A stretch of 64,000 nucleotides of DNA from a virus (lineage: Duplodnaviria > Caudoviricetes): positions 10,030-74,029 of the IMG/VR virus record IMGVR_UViG_3300042196_000163; one strand, given 5' to 3'. The position numbers and the translations under genes were made by a program. Below are positions 42,611-51,746 of the stretch, piece after piece. The stretch's first letter is position 1. Each line of letters opens with the position of its first letter. The notes under the pieces were generated by a model. It was given only the letters and a program-made list of their open reading frames with translations, searched no databases and was not told the DNA's origin.

Positions 42611-43221
42611 GGCGCTCCACCGAGTTCCTTGCGCGCCTCAGCAATCGCGGCGTTGAGTTCAGACATCTGCTGGTGGTTGCCGCCGTTGTCCGGGTGGCGC
42701 TCCCGCGCGAGAGTGCGATAGGACGCCTCGGCGCCAGCTAGCGCGACGGCGGGGATGCTGCAGGATAGGCCTTCGACTAGCAGCACTTGGCGCCAAGGTC
42801 TGCGGTTGTCGGCGCCGGGCGGCGGCAATGCCTGAAATCCGCTGAACGCTGTGTCGAGCATGTCGCCGGAACCCCAGCGTTCGATGCCGCGCATGGCCTC
42901 GATGGTCTTGGCAATCGCCCAGATGTTGTCCTCAGCGCGGTCCCACCGGTCGCAGGCGAAGACCATCGGCCGGTCCTTGTAGCGGAAATACACGGCCACG
43001 CCGGGATCATCGACGCGCTTCGCGCTCGCCAGCGGCAGGCCGTCGCGACGCTGCGGGACGTTCGTCGAAACAACCTGATTGCGCGCGCCGAGGAGGCGCA
43101 GATTGCTGACGACCGCGCGGATGGCCACGCCGAAGCCGGTTTTGAATCGGGAGCGCTGCCGGCGGTTTGGCGCGGTACGCTGGTGGTTCTCTGGCCAGTG
43201 AAGCGGAAATGATTCGGTCAC
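42607..43221 (-). CDS. Phage protein with C-terminal J-domain
   Basis: FPLHWP..DPGVAVYF..CDRW; YRTLARERHPDNGG (HPD motif). Confidence 0.75.
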   Translation of the reverse strand: MTESFPLHWPENHQRTAPNRRQRSRFKTGFGVAIRAVVSNLRLLGARNQVVSTNVPQRRDGLPLASAKRVDDPGVAVYFRYKDRPMVFACDRWDRAEDNIWAIAKTIEAMRGIERWGSGDMLDTAFSGFQALPPPGADNRRPWRQVLLVEGLSCSIPAVALAGAEASYRTLARERHPDNGGNHQQMSELNAAIAEARKELGGAP

Positions 43222-43359
43222 GCCGGTCTCCCCCTCATCACGGCCGCCATGCACGCGTTCCAGAATTCCTGCCGCCATGATCGATCAGCTTGACCGCGAC
43301 CAGCTCATCCATATCGACGCTGGTCAGAATGCGGAGCAAGTTACTGAATTCGGCTCGCG

Positions 43360-43560
43360 TCATGGGCTCGCGACCTGCGGCGCCATCTTGTCGACCACAT
43401 CCGAGAACCGCTGCAGCCAGTCGTCGAGGAAGCGGCGATGCTGTTCAAGCGATGCATCGATACTCGCCGCCGCGCGCTGCATGTCCGCCGCGGCACCCCG
43501 CATGGTGCTCGCCGCGCTGGCAACCTGTTCGGCGCCGAGAAGGGTCATGTACTCAGCCAT
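43360..43560 (-). CDS. Hypothetical helical protein
   Basis: YMTLLGAEQVASAASTM motif. Confidence 0.55.
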   Translation of the reverse strand: MAEYMTLLGAEQVASAASTMRGAAADMQRAAASIDASLEQHRRFLDDWLQRFSDVVDKMAPQVASP

Positions 43561-43834
43561 TCGTCGTTTGCTCCGCCTTAGCAATCACGAAAAGATGCGG
43601 CGCGAACTCGCCGACCATGTCGTGAAGCGTAACCATGCCGGTGAAGCCGACCGTTTGGACGCGATGCTTCGGACCGTCCGGCTCATCATTGAAACGGACG
43701 TCCTTGCCGATGAGATTCAGCGCTAGATCCTTCTGCGCCAAATCTTCTGCCGACATGATCCTCTCATGCGGGCACACCGTCGTGCGCCGGGCATCGTCAA
43801 AGCTCAGCCGGCATTTCTGACAGGTCACTTTCAT
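43553..43834 (-). CDS. Hypothetical protein with N-terminal CxxC
   Basis: CQKC..CPH; AAGGAAG RBS. Confidence 0.55.
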   Translation of the reverse strand: MKVTCQKCRLSFDDARRTTVCPHERIMSAEDLAQKDLALNLIGKDVRFNDEPDGPKHRVQTVGFTGMVTLHDMVGEFAPHLFVIAKAEQTTNG

Positions 43835-43886
43835 TCGGCGGCTTCCTTCTGCGGGTGCGCCTTCGTGCCTATCCGGTTGCCGCCCA

Positions 43887-44963
43887 TTATGCGGCACTCC
43901 GGCTTTCCTCAACAGGACGCTCGACACTGAGCGCAAGCGCGAGAATATTCCGGGCCGCATTCACGTCGCGGTCGTGGCTGGCGCCACAGGCGGAGCATTC
44001 CCACGCTCTTATTCCAAGCCCTGCGATACCTTTCGGCCGCTCCGGCGGCAGCGCGCCGCACGAAGAACAGGTTTGGGTCGTGAACTTCTCATCGACCTCC
44101 ACGAACTGCGCCGCCTTGTAGCGGAGCATGCCGCGGAAAGCCGACCACCCGGCGTCGAGGACGGACTTCGCCATCTTCGTTTTCGTGAGGGCTGCTGCGT
44201 TGACGTTTCCCACCGCGATGAACGCGTATTCGCGGGAGAGACGGGTAGAGAGCTTGTGATGGAAGTCGCGGCGGGAGTTGCCGATCTTCACGTGAATGGT
44301 CCTGGCGCGCCGAACGTTGCCCGCTCGCTGCGCGGTGGCGAGAGCCTGGGCGCGCCGCAACAGATGACGCGGGTTCTCGATGACCTCGCCGGTGGACAGA
44401 GTTGCGAGCGACTTCAGCCCAAGATCGACGCCGACTTCGGTGTTCGGTTTCGCCTGAGCTTCGGCGGCCACTTCAACGTGGAGGCACACGAACCAGCGTC
44501 CGAGCGCGTCCTCGACGAAGAAACCGCCATTGGCGTTCTCCGGCAGCGGGCGACGCTTGCTCCCAAAAAGGCGATAGCGGTGGCCGAGATAGGTGATGCT
44601 GCCGCCGTTGATCTGGCGGCTTTGGCGCTGGAACGGCACCCACCCGAGCGCGCGTTTGGAGCCGAAGCTTGACCGGAATCGCGGGCAGCGTTTGTGCTGG
44701 TCGCGGCTCCGGACGAATTGCTCGCAGATGGCCTGCACCGTCTGCTGATGAATGCCGAGATCCTTGCCGACCCCCTTGCATTGCTTGGCCAGATCGAAGT
44801 GCGACGCCCACTTGCGCTTCTTCGCGCCGGACCGATAGCGGGCCTCGACATCGCGCTGATGCGCAACGCACCAATTCCAGACTTGATTGCAGGCGTAGGC
44901 ATGGGCGTTCAACGCCTTGCGGGCAGAACGGTCTTTGAGCCGGTATTTGTAGGTCTTAATCAT
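43887..44963 (-). mobile_element. tnpB: Solo TnpB-family RNA-guided nuclease gene (no tnpA nearby)
   Basis: TYKYRLK; VGVDLG (RuvC-I); IAVGNV (non-canonical RuvC-II); DEKFTTQTCSSCG..CSACG Zn finger; HDRDVNAARNI (RuvC-III). Confidence 0.92.
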
Positions 44964-44993
44964 TGGGTGAATACCGGATAAGCATTGTTCGTG

Positions 44994-45170
44994 TCATGCC
45001 GCCTCCGTGCAGTCAGGGCATGGCACGCGAACATCCGTCTGTTGCGGGCCCCGCGGCCCCTTCACCGGCCGTTGGCGCTTCACCATGATCCAGCGCTTGC
45101 CGCCGCAGGTCTTGCAGGGACCTGGGCGGGGCGGGGCTTGCGAGCGGCGCAAGGGGTAGATGCGACGCAT
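44994..45170 (-). CDS. 58-aa Zn-finger protein (absent from the ORF track)
   Basis: CKTCGGKRW..VPCPDC. Confidence 0.55.
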   Translation of the reverse strand: MRRIYPLRRSQAPPRPGPCKTCGGKRWIMVKRQRPVKGPRGPQQTDVRVPCPDCTEAA

Positions 45171-45496
45171 CAGGTAGCATCCCGCGGCGCCTGGTCGCCG
45201 TTGATGTCGATCGGAAACAGTCGGCCGATCATCCGCGCCTCATCGAAGTCACGGGCGATGATCAGCTCGCGGCCGTCCGCCAGCGTGATCAATCCGGATC
45301 GGTGACCATGGCCGCAGCAAGACGCGACGGTCGGAATACCGGCATCATTGAGCGCTTTGACCAGCGGCACGATGCAGGGGTCGCACCAGACGCCGCCGCG
45401 CGGGCGGCCGGTTTCGTCGGGCACGCCAGGCTTGACCACGACCATCTTGATCTCGCGGTCCTGGTTGCAATCGACGTGGCCGCATGGGGCGATCAT
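45170..45496 (-). CDS. TYW3-like fold hypothetical protein
   Basis: DPCIVPLVKALNDAGIPTVASCCGHG. Confidence 0.5.
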   Translation of the reverse strand: MIAPCGHVDCNQDREIKMVVVKPGVPDETGRPRGGVWCDPCIVPLVKALNDAGIPTVASCCGHGHRSGLITLADGRELIIARDFDEARMIGRLFPIDINGDQAPRDAT

Positions 45497-46866
45497 GTCC
45501 CGCCACCCTCCGCCGCCTTCTTGGCGATATCCGCCTTGCGCTGCGCGGCCTGCATCACCAGCCCGTTCTTGCCGCGGTCGATCTTGTCGAGATTTGCCGC
45601 CTCGATCGCCATCAGCGCGTCGACCTCCGCCTCGGTCGTGCACATCGACAGTTCCTCGCGGACCGCCTCAACGTACTTGTTGACGTCGGGCTTCTTGTCC
45701 TTCATCGGCATGACGATCGCGCGCAGACCCTCTCCCTGCGGCTGGGAGGGTTGGTCGCTCTCGGCCTTGGCGGGCGCATCGCTGGCGGCAGGGGCGGAAG
45801 ACGCGTGCGGCGGCGTTCCGTTCCCTGCCGCCTCACCGGCGCCTGTTGTGGACGGGGCCGGCGGTTCCTTCTTGGCGTAGAGCGCTGCCAGGGCTTCGGC
45901 AGCGCCGTCGTCCTCGATACCTTCCCAGGCCGCGCGAGCGGTCTCCTTGTTGTTCTCGAGAATGGCGGCGCCGCGCGTCTTGTCGCGGCCGAGCTCGACC
46001 AGTTTTGCAGCGAAGCCATCGGCGGTATCGAAGCGATCAATCTCGCCGCCAGCCTCATCCACCAGGATGAAGGCGTCCTCGTCCGCGGGCGGTTCCTTCT
46101 TCTCGAAGTCCTTGCGCTCCGGTCGCGCCGGCGCGTCTTCGGCAACCGCCTCGATGACATTGCCGGGGCGCTGATAGATGCCGGCCTCTTCGGCGACCGG
46201 CTGGTCCCCAAATTCTTCCGGGAAGGCGCGGCGAAGCGCGGCGGCCTCGGCGCATTTCTCCAGCATCTGCGACGGCGCGCGGCACCAGCGGTCATTCGGT
46301 ACGTCGGCGCGGCCGCGCTTCGAATACGTCTCCAGCCAGTAGACGCGTGGGCCGGGGTAGGCATGGCGCTGGTCGCCGAGCATCCGGAACACGGTGATCT
46401 GCGCCCACTCCGGGAAGCTGACGGTGGCGCCGAGGTTCTCGCCCTTGTGGTTCTTGCCGGTGAAAGTTTGCTTGACCACCGGCCCGAACGCGGTCGGCTC
46501 CTGGCCGGCGAATTGCTTCGTGCGATGCGCCGTGATGCGGTGGTCCGCTATGCCTGGCCAAACCGTCTCGACCTCTCGGCGCTGAACGCTGTCATAGATA
46601 GGCACGATATGTACGACGCGCTTGAAGGGGTCGAGATTGCGCGACCGGCAGTAGGACAGCGCCAACATGATGGCCTCGGGCGTCTTCGCCGTCGGGAAGA
46701 TCGCATCGCTGAGCGCGCGCCAAGTTGCTTGGTCGATGCCGAAATCCTGCTGCGCGGCGAGCGGGTAGGGCAGGCGAGGCGGCGCGATCGTGGACAGCGC
46801 GCCCTTGCTCGCGGCTTCCTGCGGTGGGGCCTGGGTCGTGCGCTCGGCGGTGGCTTGCTGATTCAC
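45493..46866 (-). CDS. recT: RecT/Bet-family single-strand annealing protein with acidic C-terminal extension
   Basis: YCRSRNLDPFKRVVHIVP..WPGI..W..APSQMLEKCAEAAALRRAFPEE. Confidence 0.8.
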   Translation of the reverse strand: MNQQATAERTTQAPPQEAASKGALSTIAPPRLPYPLAAQQDFGIDQATWRALSDAIFPTAKTPEAIMLALSYCRSRNLDPFKRVVHIVPIYDSVQRREVETVWPGIADHRITAHRTKQFAGQEPTAFGPVVKQTFTGKNHKGENLGATVSFPEWAQITVFRMLGDQRHAYPGPRVYWLETYSKRGRADVPNDRWCRAPSQMLEKCAEAAALRRAFPEEFGDQPVAEEAGIYQRPGNVIEAVAEDAPARPERKDFEKKEPPADEDAFILVDEAGGEIDRFDTADGFAAKLVELGRDKTRGAAILENNKETARAAWEGIEDDGAAEALAALYAKKEPPAPSTTGAGEAAGNGTPPHASSAPAASDAPAKAESDQPSQPQGEGLRAIVMPMKDKKPDVNKYVEAVREELSMCTTEAEVDALMAIEAANLDKIDRGKNGLVMQAAQRKADIAKKAAEGGGT

Positions 46867-47058
46867 GGATGATTCCTTTCGAAGCGGGTTAAACGGTCTT
46901 CTGCGCCTTGCCGGCGCGCCAGCGGTCGTAATCGGAGCGAGACAGCCCGAGCAGCTTGCGGTGGCGCTTGAGCTGTGCCGCGCGACTGCCGCGGCCAACG
47001 TTGCGGCGGGCACCGCGATAAGTCGAAGCGGAGCGGGCGGTCGATTTCGATTTGGCGC

Positions 47059-48426
47059 TCATCGGATGTGCGTCTCCCGGTCCTCGATGATCAAAGTGCC
47101 GCGAAGCGTGCGCCCGCCGGCTTCAATGAACGACCGTACCGCCTGTTCGAGAGCATCCATCGGCAGGTGCGAGCGCAAGGCTTCGAGATCGAGCGCCTGG
47201 CGATCGATCGGCGTGAACACCCATGCGCGCTGGCTGACCGCCAGAGAGTTGAATTCGCCATGGACGTTGGAGAGCTCCGACGGCTTCGCCATGTAGCGGC
47301 GGGCGGCTCGATCGCCGGCGGCCTCCTCGCGATCGGCCTCACCGTCGGTCTTGATGGCATCTTTGAGACCGCGGGCGGCGGCCTTCTCGTTGAGCGTGGC
47401 AACGACGCCGTGCGCTTTGGCGGAGTCCGCGGCGGCATCGACGGCCGTCTCGGCGGTGTCGGCACTCTGCTGCGCCAGGCCGGCGGTCTCGCGGGCGGCG
47501 TCAGCGGCGGCGCGCGCGCGGGCGGCCTCCTCTTCGCGGGCCTTCTCTTCTTGACGGAGGCGCTCGGCTTCGGCCTCCCGCTCCTTGGCTTTCCGTTCGC
47601 GCTCTTCGGCCTCGGCCTGAGCCTTCTCTGCGGCCTTGCGCTTGCGGTCGCTCTCCTCGGCCTCGGCCTGCGCCGCCTCGGCCTTCTTGCGCTGCTCATC
47701 CGCGCGCGCCTGCTCCTCGGCGGCCTTCTTCTCGGCGCGTTCCCGCTCCTCGCGGGCTTCATCCGCCTTGCGTTTTTCCTCTTTGGCGACGCGCTCGGCT
47801 TCCTTGCGGGCGACCTCGGCCTCGGCGGCCTTGCGCTGTTCGTCCTTGGCGCGCACCTCGGCTTCATCCCGCTCGCGCTTTGCCTTGGCCTCGGCCTCGC
47901 GCGCAACCCGCGCCTTCTCCTCGGCTTCGGCGGCTTCGCGGGCTTTGCGATCTGCCTCGTCGCGGAGTTCCTTCTCCTTCGCCTCGCGCTTCCGCTGCTC
48001 CTCGAGCGCCCGCTGCCGGGCAGCCTCCTCCTTCACCTTCTGGTAGGCGGTCAGCCGCGGCTTCAGATCTTCGATCGACTGGTCGAGTGGATTGATCAGC
48101 TTGAGGAAGAACGTCTGCACCGTCTTCGCCAGATCGTCGAAGGGGCGCTTGCGGCTCTTGCGGCGCTCGTCCAGGGCTGAGACGACGCCCTTCGCCTTGC
48201 GAAGCCAATCAGTCAGCTTCGCGGCCTGTGCCTCATCCTCGATCACATCAGGGATGTGTTTGATCTCGGCCTCGCACTCGATCTTCTTCGCCAGCAGGTC
48301 GAGGTTCTCCTCGTCGAGCTTGGTGCTGAGGATTTCGATGTCGGATGGCGGCGCGTTCCCGCCGATGGCGAGGCGGGGATCCTCGACCATGTCTTCGGAG
48401 GTGATGGCGATGGCGGCGTCGGTCAT
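47059..48426 (-). CDS. Long charged coiled-coil protein (Gam/Gp157-like, recombination-linked)
   Basis: RKSRKRPF..F..LINPL..LKPRLTAYQ followed by about 200 aa of E/A/K/R heptads; adjacent to recT. Confidence 0.55.
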   Translation of the reverse strand: MTDAAIAITSEDMVEDPRLAIGGNAPPSDIEILSTKLDEENLDLLAKKIECEAEIKHIPDVIEDEAQAAKLTDWLRKAKGVVSALDERRKSRKRPFDDLAKTVQTFFLKLINPLDQSIEDLKPRLTAYQKVKEEAARQRALEEQRKREAKEKELRDEADRKAREAAEAEEKARVAREAEAKAKRERDEAEVRAKDEQRKAAEAEVARKEAERVAKEEKRKADEAREERERAEKKAAEEQARADEQRKKAEAAQAEAEESDRKRKAAEKAQAEAEERERKAKEREAEAERLRQEEKAREEEAARARAAADAARETAGLAQQSADTAETAVDAAADSAKAHGVVATLNEKAAARGLKDAIKTDGEADREEAAGDRAARRYMAKPSELSNVHGEFNSLAVSQRAWVFTPIDRQALDLEALRSHLPMDALEQAVRSFIEAGGRTLRGTLIIEDRETHIR

Positions 48427-48809
48427 GATTGCGCTCCTTGGTCGGGCGGTGCAGGCTCAGCCGGCTTCGCGGCACCGGCAGCCGCGGCCTGCGCGGCACT
48501 GGCGCGGGCGGTGCGGACCTGGCTCATCGCCGTTAGATGGGCCATCAGTTCCATGACGGCCTGGCGCCGGAAGGCGATTATCCTATCCAGCTCCGCGAGC
48601 TCGGAACGAATGCTGGCGGCGCGATCGACGTGCTCCGCAAGGTCCCGGACATTCTGCTTGAGCGCGTTCTCAATGACCCTCTCACCAGGCGCCAGGGCAT
48701 CCGGGGCGCCGAGCGGTATCCTTCGTGGCGCCAAGAATCCGCGGACGTGGACCAGCAGGGCGTCGGATTCGCTCGGCGTATCGATCGGGTCGAAGTCGGG
48801 GTCGGTCAT
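48423..48809 (-). CDS. Hypothetical protein
   Basis: ATGA-coupled. Confidence 0.5.
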   Translation of the reverse strand: MTDPDFDPIDTPSESDALLVHVRGFLAPRRIPLGAPDALAPGERVIENALKQNVRDLAEHVDRAASIRSELAELDRIIAFRRQAVMELMAHLTAMSQVRTARASAAQAAAAGAAKPAEPAPPDQGAQS

Positions 48810-48866
48810 TGAACTCTCTTCTGTCGGCGATGTAGTGGGCGAAGCTACGGCTCCGCCCACTGCTGG

Positions 48867-49499
48867 CTATTTCGTGGCGGCCTGTTGCTTCTGTTCGTCG
48901 GTGTAGTTCATCGCCGCGCCGGTCGTGTCGTAGGCAGCGCGCATATCCGCGGTCGCTGCCATCGTCGCGCGAAGATTTCCGACCGAGGATTTGATGGTCT
49001 GGCTTGCCGCCACGCCATAACTTGCGGCCTGCGCCGCGTTGTCGAAATCAGCGCCGAGGAAAATGACCTGCCAGCCCTTGCCACGGCACTCGTCGAGCAT
49101 GGCCTTGGCTGCCGCGTGAGTGAGCTCCTTGCTGGAGTTCTCCTGGCCATCGGTCACGATGATGATTGCCACCTTCTCGTATTGCTCGCCGCCGCCGTTG
49201 ATGCCGGCTTTGGCCATCGTGACGATCTGGCCGATCGCGTCGTTGAGCGGAGTCCAGCCCCGCGGCTGCGCATCCTCGTTGGATACGGCCTTCCATGTCG
49301 ACGGCGTGATTCGGGAGCGGATGATCTCGAACTTCAGGTCGCCGGCCGGCTTGTCGAAGGTGGCGAGCGTCACGCCAGTATCGACGTTGTTCTTCGCCAG
49401 CTTCTCCACGTAGGCGTTGATCGCGGCAAGCGCTTCCGGCCATTTGCCGGCCTCGCTCATGGATTGCGAGCGATCGAGCAGGATGAAATCGTGTTGCAT
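48867..49499 (-). CDS. vWA domain protein
   Basis: MIDAS motif ILLDRSQSM; TPLNDAIG; IIVTDGQENSS. Confidence 0.9.
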   Translation of the reverse strand: MQHDFILLDRSQSMSEAGKWPEALAAINAYVEKLAKNNVDTGVTLATFDKPAGDLKFEIIRSRITPSTWKAVSNEDAQPRGWTPLNDAIGQIVTMAKAGINGGGEQYEKVAIIIVTDGQENSSKELTHAAAKAMLDECRGKGWQVIFLGADFDNAAQAASYGVAASQTIKSSVGNLRATMAATADMRAAYDTTGAAMNYTDEQKQQAATK

Positions 49500-49523
49500 T
49501 GCTTCGTCCTTTCTTGGGTTAGC

Positions 49524-49865
49524 TCATACGAAGAGCCGAGGGATATTCAACGGATCGATCTTCTTGCGGGGGTTTGCCTTCGGATCGGCAGGGCTGTAGC
49601 GATGCGCCCAGCGGGATTCGGCCAGCAGAAATTCGAACTCGCTCGCAGTGATCGGCTCGCCGAAATGCCAGACCCTATGCGCCTCGACGTCTTCGCCGTT
49701 GATCTCGGCGCAGATCAGGCGCGGGCGTTCGGTCGGCTCGCCGGTGAAGGGGTCCATCGGGCAGGGGATGTATATGCGCGCGCAAACCCACGGGCCCCCG
49801 CGCACCAGGCGCAGGCGGAAAAAGCCGGGCTGCGGCTGGTCAACGATACGCGCGGCCTCGGTCAA
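49524..49865 (-). CDS. Hypothetical protein
   Basis: TTGA overlap with GGAGG RBS; PGFFRLRLVRGGPWV motif. Confidence 0.55.
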   Translation of the reverse strand: MTEAARIVDQPQPGFFRLRLVRGGPWVCARIYIPCPMDPFTGEPTERPRLICAEINGEDVEAHRVWHFGEPITASEFEFLLAESRWAHRYSPADPKANPRKKIDPLNIPRLFV

Positions 49866-50101
49866 GCGATCCTCCGCAACGCAGGCGCTGGCGCCACGCT
49901 CGGGATCAGCGGCGACGCCTTGCGGCACTCGTCGGCCTTCTGCTCATATTCGGCCGCCAGGCGCAGATGCTCATCGGCGTGCGGACTGTAGATGCCGAGA
50001 TCGCGCGCATGGTCGAGGCGGGCTTGCGCTTTGCCGCGCCACCAGCCTTCGAGGCGTTCGAGGAATTCGAGGCATATCTTGCAGTCTCGCATCGGTTTCA
50101 C
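49862..50101 (-). CDS. Hypothetical protein
   Basis: GTGA-coupled. Confidence 0.5.
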   Translation of the reverse strand: MKPMRDCKICLEFLERLEGWWRGKAQARLDHARDLGIYSPHADEHLRLAAEYEQKADECRKASPLIPSVAPAPALRRIA

Positions 50102-50322
50102 GGCGCGATCTCCCATAAGTTCCGCGCGAACCCCGTCGGCCCGGACACGACGCCGGCGACGCGGATCACACCTTCGTTCTTCAATTCGCTCAGCGTCCGA
50201 CCGAGGTTGCTGTCGCGCTTATCGAGCGGCAACCCGATGGATTCTGCGATCTCATGCGTCTGCATCGGCAGGCGGCCTTGCATCGCGGCGAGAATGGCGG
50301 CGCGGTAGTTCATCGGTGTCAC
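50098..50322 (-). CDS. Small winged-HTH protein
   Basis: THEIAESIGL..LGRTLSELKNEGVI. Confidence 0.6.
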   Translation of the reverse strand: MTPMNYRAAILAAMQGRLPMQTHEIAESIGLPLDKRDSNLGRTLSELKNEGVIRVAGVVSGPTGFARNLWEIAP

Positions 50323-50323
50323 C

Positions 50324-50461
50324 TCAGCGAACGATGAAGGTTGCGACGACGCCCGCGATCAGCGCGAACGTCAGACCGATCCCGGTTGTGTGCCGGTTGA
50401 TGCCGATGAGGGCGACGGCGATCCAGATGCCCGCGACAGCGATGCCGGCTCCGTCGGTCAT
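50324..50461 (-). CDS. Small membrane protein
   Basis: 45 aa, two hydrophobic segments. Confidence 0.4.
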   Translation of the reverse strand: MTDGAGIAVAGIWIAVALIGINRHTTGIGLTFALIAGVVATFIVR

Positions 50462-50568
50462 GGCGCCGGCCCGCCGAGCGCCGCCGCCAGCATGGCGATC
50501 GAGACGATGGCGATCATCACCGCGAGCTCGCCCCAGGACCACGGCCGCGTGCCGAGAAAGCCAGTCAT
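50458..50568 (-). CDS. 36-aa single-TM peptide
   Basis: ATGA-coupled at both ends. Confidence 0.4.
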   Translation of the reverse strand: MTGFLGTRPWSWGELAVMIAIVSIAMLAAALGGPAP

Positions 50569-50876
50569 GTCGGCACCCGCTCACGCTGCTTCGGCGCGAC
50601 CAGCTCGTGCGCCCACGCAATATCTGTCTTGCGCTCCTGGACGGGGCGGAAGCGATGCGCGCGATAGCCGGCATCGCCGCCATCGGTCGCCCGGCAAATC
50701 GGGCCGCGCGCCAACTCGAAAAACTGAAGATAGGGATATCCATCATGGGTTCGATAGGCGCGTGAAACAGTATAAATTGCCCCTTCCGTTGGGCCGTCAT
50801 TGTCGACCCAGGAACCGACACCGCTGGATGCATCCACGCAAACCACTTTCTGCCCGATGTAAAACGCCATCTCCAT
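50565..50876 (-). CDS. Small SH3-like phage protein
   Basis: FYIGQKVVCVD..GAIYTV..YRAHRFRPV. Confidence 0.55.
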   Translation of the reverse strand: MEMAFYIGQKVVCVDASSGVGSWVDNDGPTEGAIYTVSRAYRTHDGYPYLQFFELARGPICRATDGGDAGYRAHRFRPVQERKTDIAWAHELVAPKQRERVPT

Positions 50877-50887
50877 GTCTCCCTGTG

Positions 50888-51190
50888 TCACGCCAGCCGT
50901 ACCCGCGCGATGGTCTCGAGCTGGTGCCGAGTCAGCCAGTGCGCGATCATGCTGTCGCAGAGTGCCCGCCAGACCAGCGCCTCGACGTTGCCGCTGACGC
51001 GGAGAAAATGCGCCATCATCGCGAGCGCGACCTGCGCCGACCTCTCGGTCTTCTCCTCGCGCCAGAGCTGCATGGCGAAGTCGCAATCCTCCCATGCGCG
51101 CGCGGCGCGGTCGTCGATTGCGCTCGGGACGACGACCAGGAACGGGCGCGGGGCGCGCGTCGGGAGCGGCAGCGGGGTGACGCTAGCCAT
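50888..51190 (-). CDS. Hypothetical protein
   Basis: ORF in operon orientation. Confidence 0.5.
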   Translation of the reverse strand: MASVTPLPLPTRAPRPFLVVVPSAIDDRAARAWEDCDFAMQLWREEKTERSAQVALAMMAHFLRVSGNVEALVWRALCDSMIAHWLTRHQLETIARVRLA

Positions 51191-51347
51191 TGGCGGCCCG
51201 CTTCATCTGGCGCTGCGCCTTGAACAGCCGATTGAGGTTGCCAAGGTTGTCCGAGATGCCGATCGGCCGCTTGCGGCCATACTTGTCGCGCACGATCAGC
51301 GGCGACGTCCTCGGCTGCTTCCAGCCCTTGGGTTTCTTGCTAGCCAT
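51183..51347 (-). CDS. Small basic protein
   Basis: GAGG RBS; overlaps neighbouring genes. Confidence 0.4.
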   Translation of the reverse strand: MASKKPKGWKQPRTSPLIVRDKYGRKRPIGISDNLGNLNRLFKAQRQMKRAANG

Positions 51348-51621
51348 GGTTGACCTCTTTCAAAATCGCTTCGTCCAATTGCCGCTGCGCGGCCAGCCAT
51401 TCGGCGCCGGTGAGGCGGCGGGACTTATGCCCGTTGCCCTTGGCGACGCCCTCAAACTCCATCATCCGGGCGTCGGCGGAGGTCTTGGCGGTGTCGCGGA
51501 TCGCAAAAAGGGAAACCACGCTGCAGTGATCGCGGACCGCGAGGAACCGCATCGCCGGATCGGCGGCGATCTCTTCCATCGTGCGGGTCGTGGTGTCGGG
51601 CGCGGTCATGACATCCCCCAT
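51340..51621 (-). CDS. Hypothetical protein
   Basis: ORF in operon orientation. Confidence 0.45.
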   Translation of the reverse strand: MGDVMTAPDTTTRTMEEIAADPAMRFLAVRDHCSVVSLFAIRDTAKTSADARMMEFEGVAKGNGHKSRRLTGAEWLAAQRQLDEAILKEVNHG

Positions 51622-51746
51622 TTCGCGAGCATGTAGGCGACGGCGAGGACCGCGGCGATGAGCAGCGCAGTGCGCATGACCTTGCGGTCCATCGCGCGGA
51701 TCGCGGCGAGTTCTTCGGGGGTGTTGGCGCGCTCAACAGCCATGGC

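Noticed and set aside
44287-44296. Second parS-like palindrome TTCACGTGAA inside tnpB
   Set aside because: Only the 10-bp core matches; flanks differ from the parS consensus, and it is explained by the coding sequence.
32205-44963. IS607 element made of the serine recombinase plus tnpB
   Set aside because: The genes are 11 kb apart on opposite strands, and the recombinase has a C-terminal HTH rather than the N-terminal HTH of IS607 TnpA.
45484-49991. Long forward ORFs (462, 401 and 368 aa)
   Set aside because: Shadows of recT, the coiled-coil gene and the vWA gene; no RBS or motif support.
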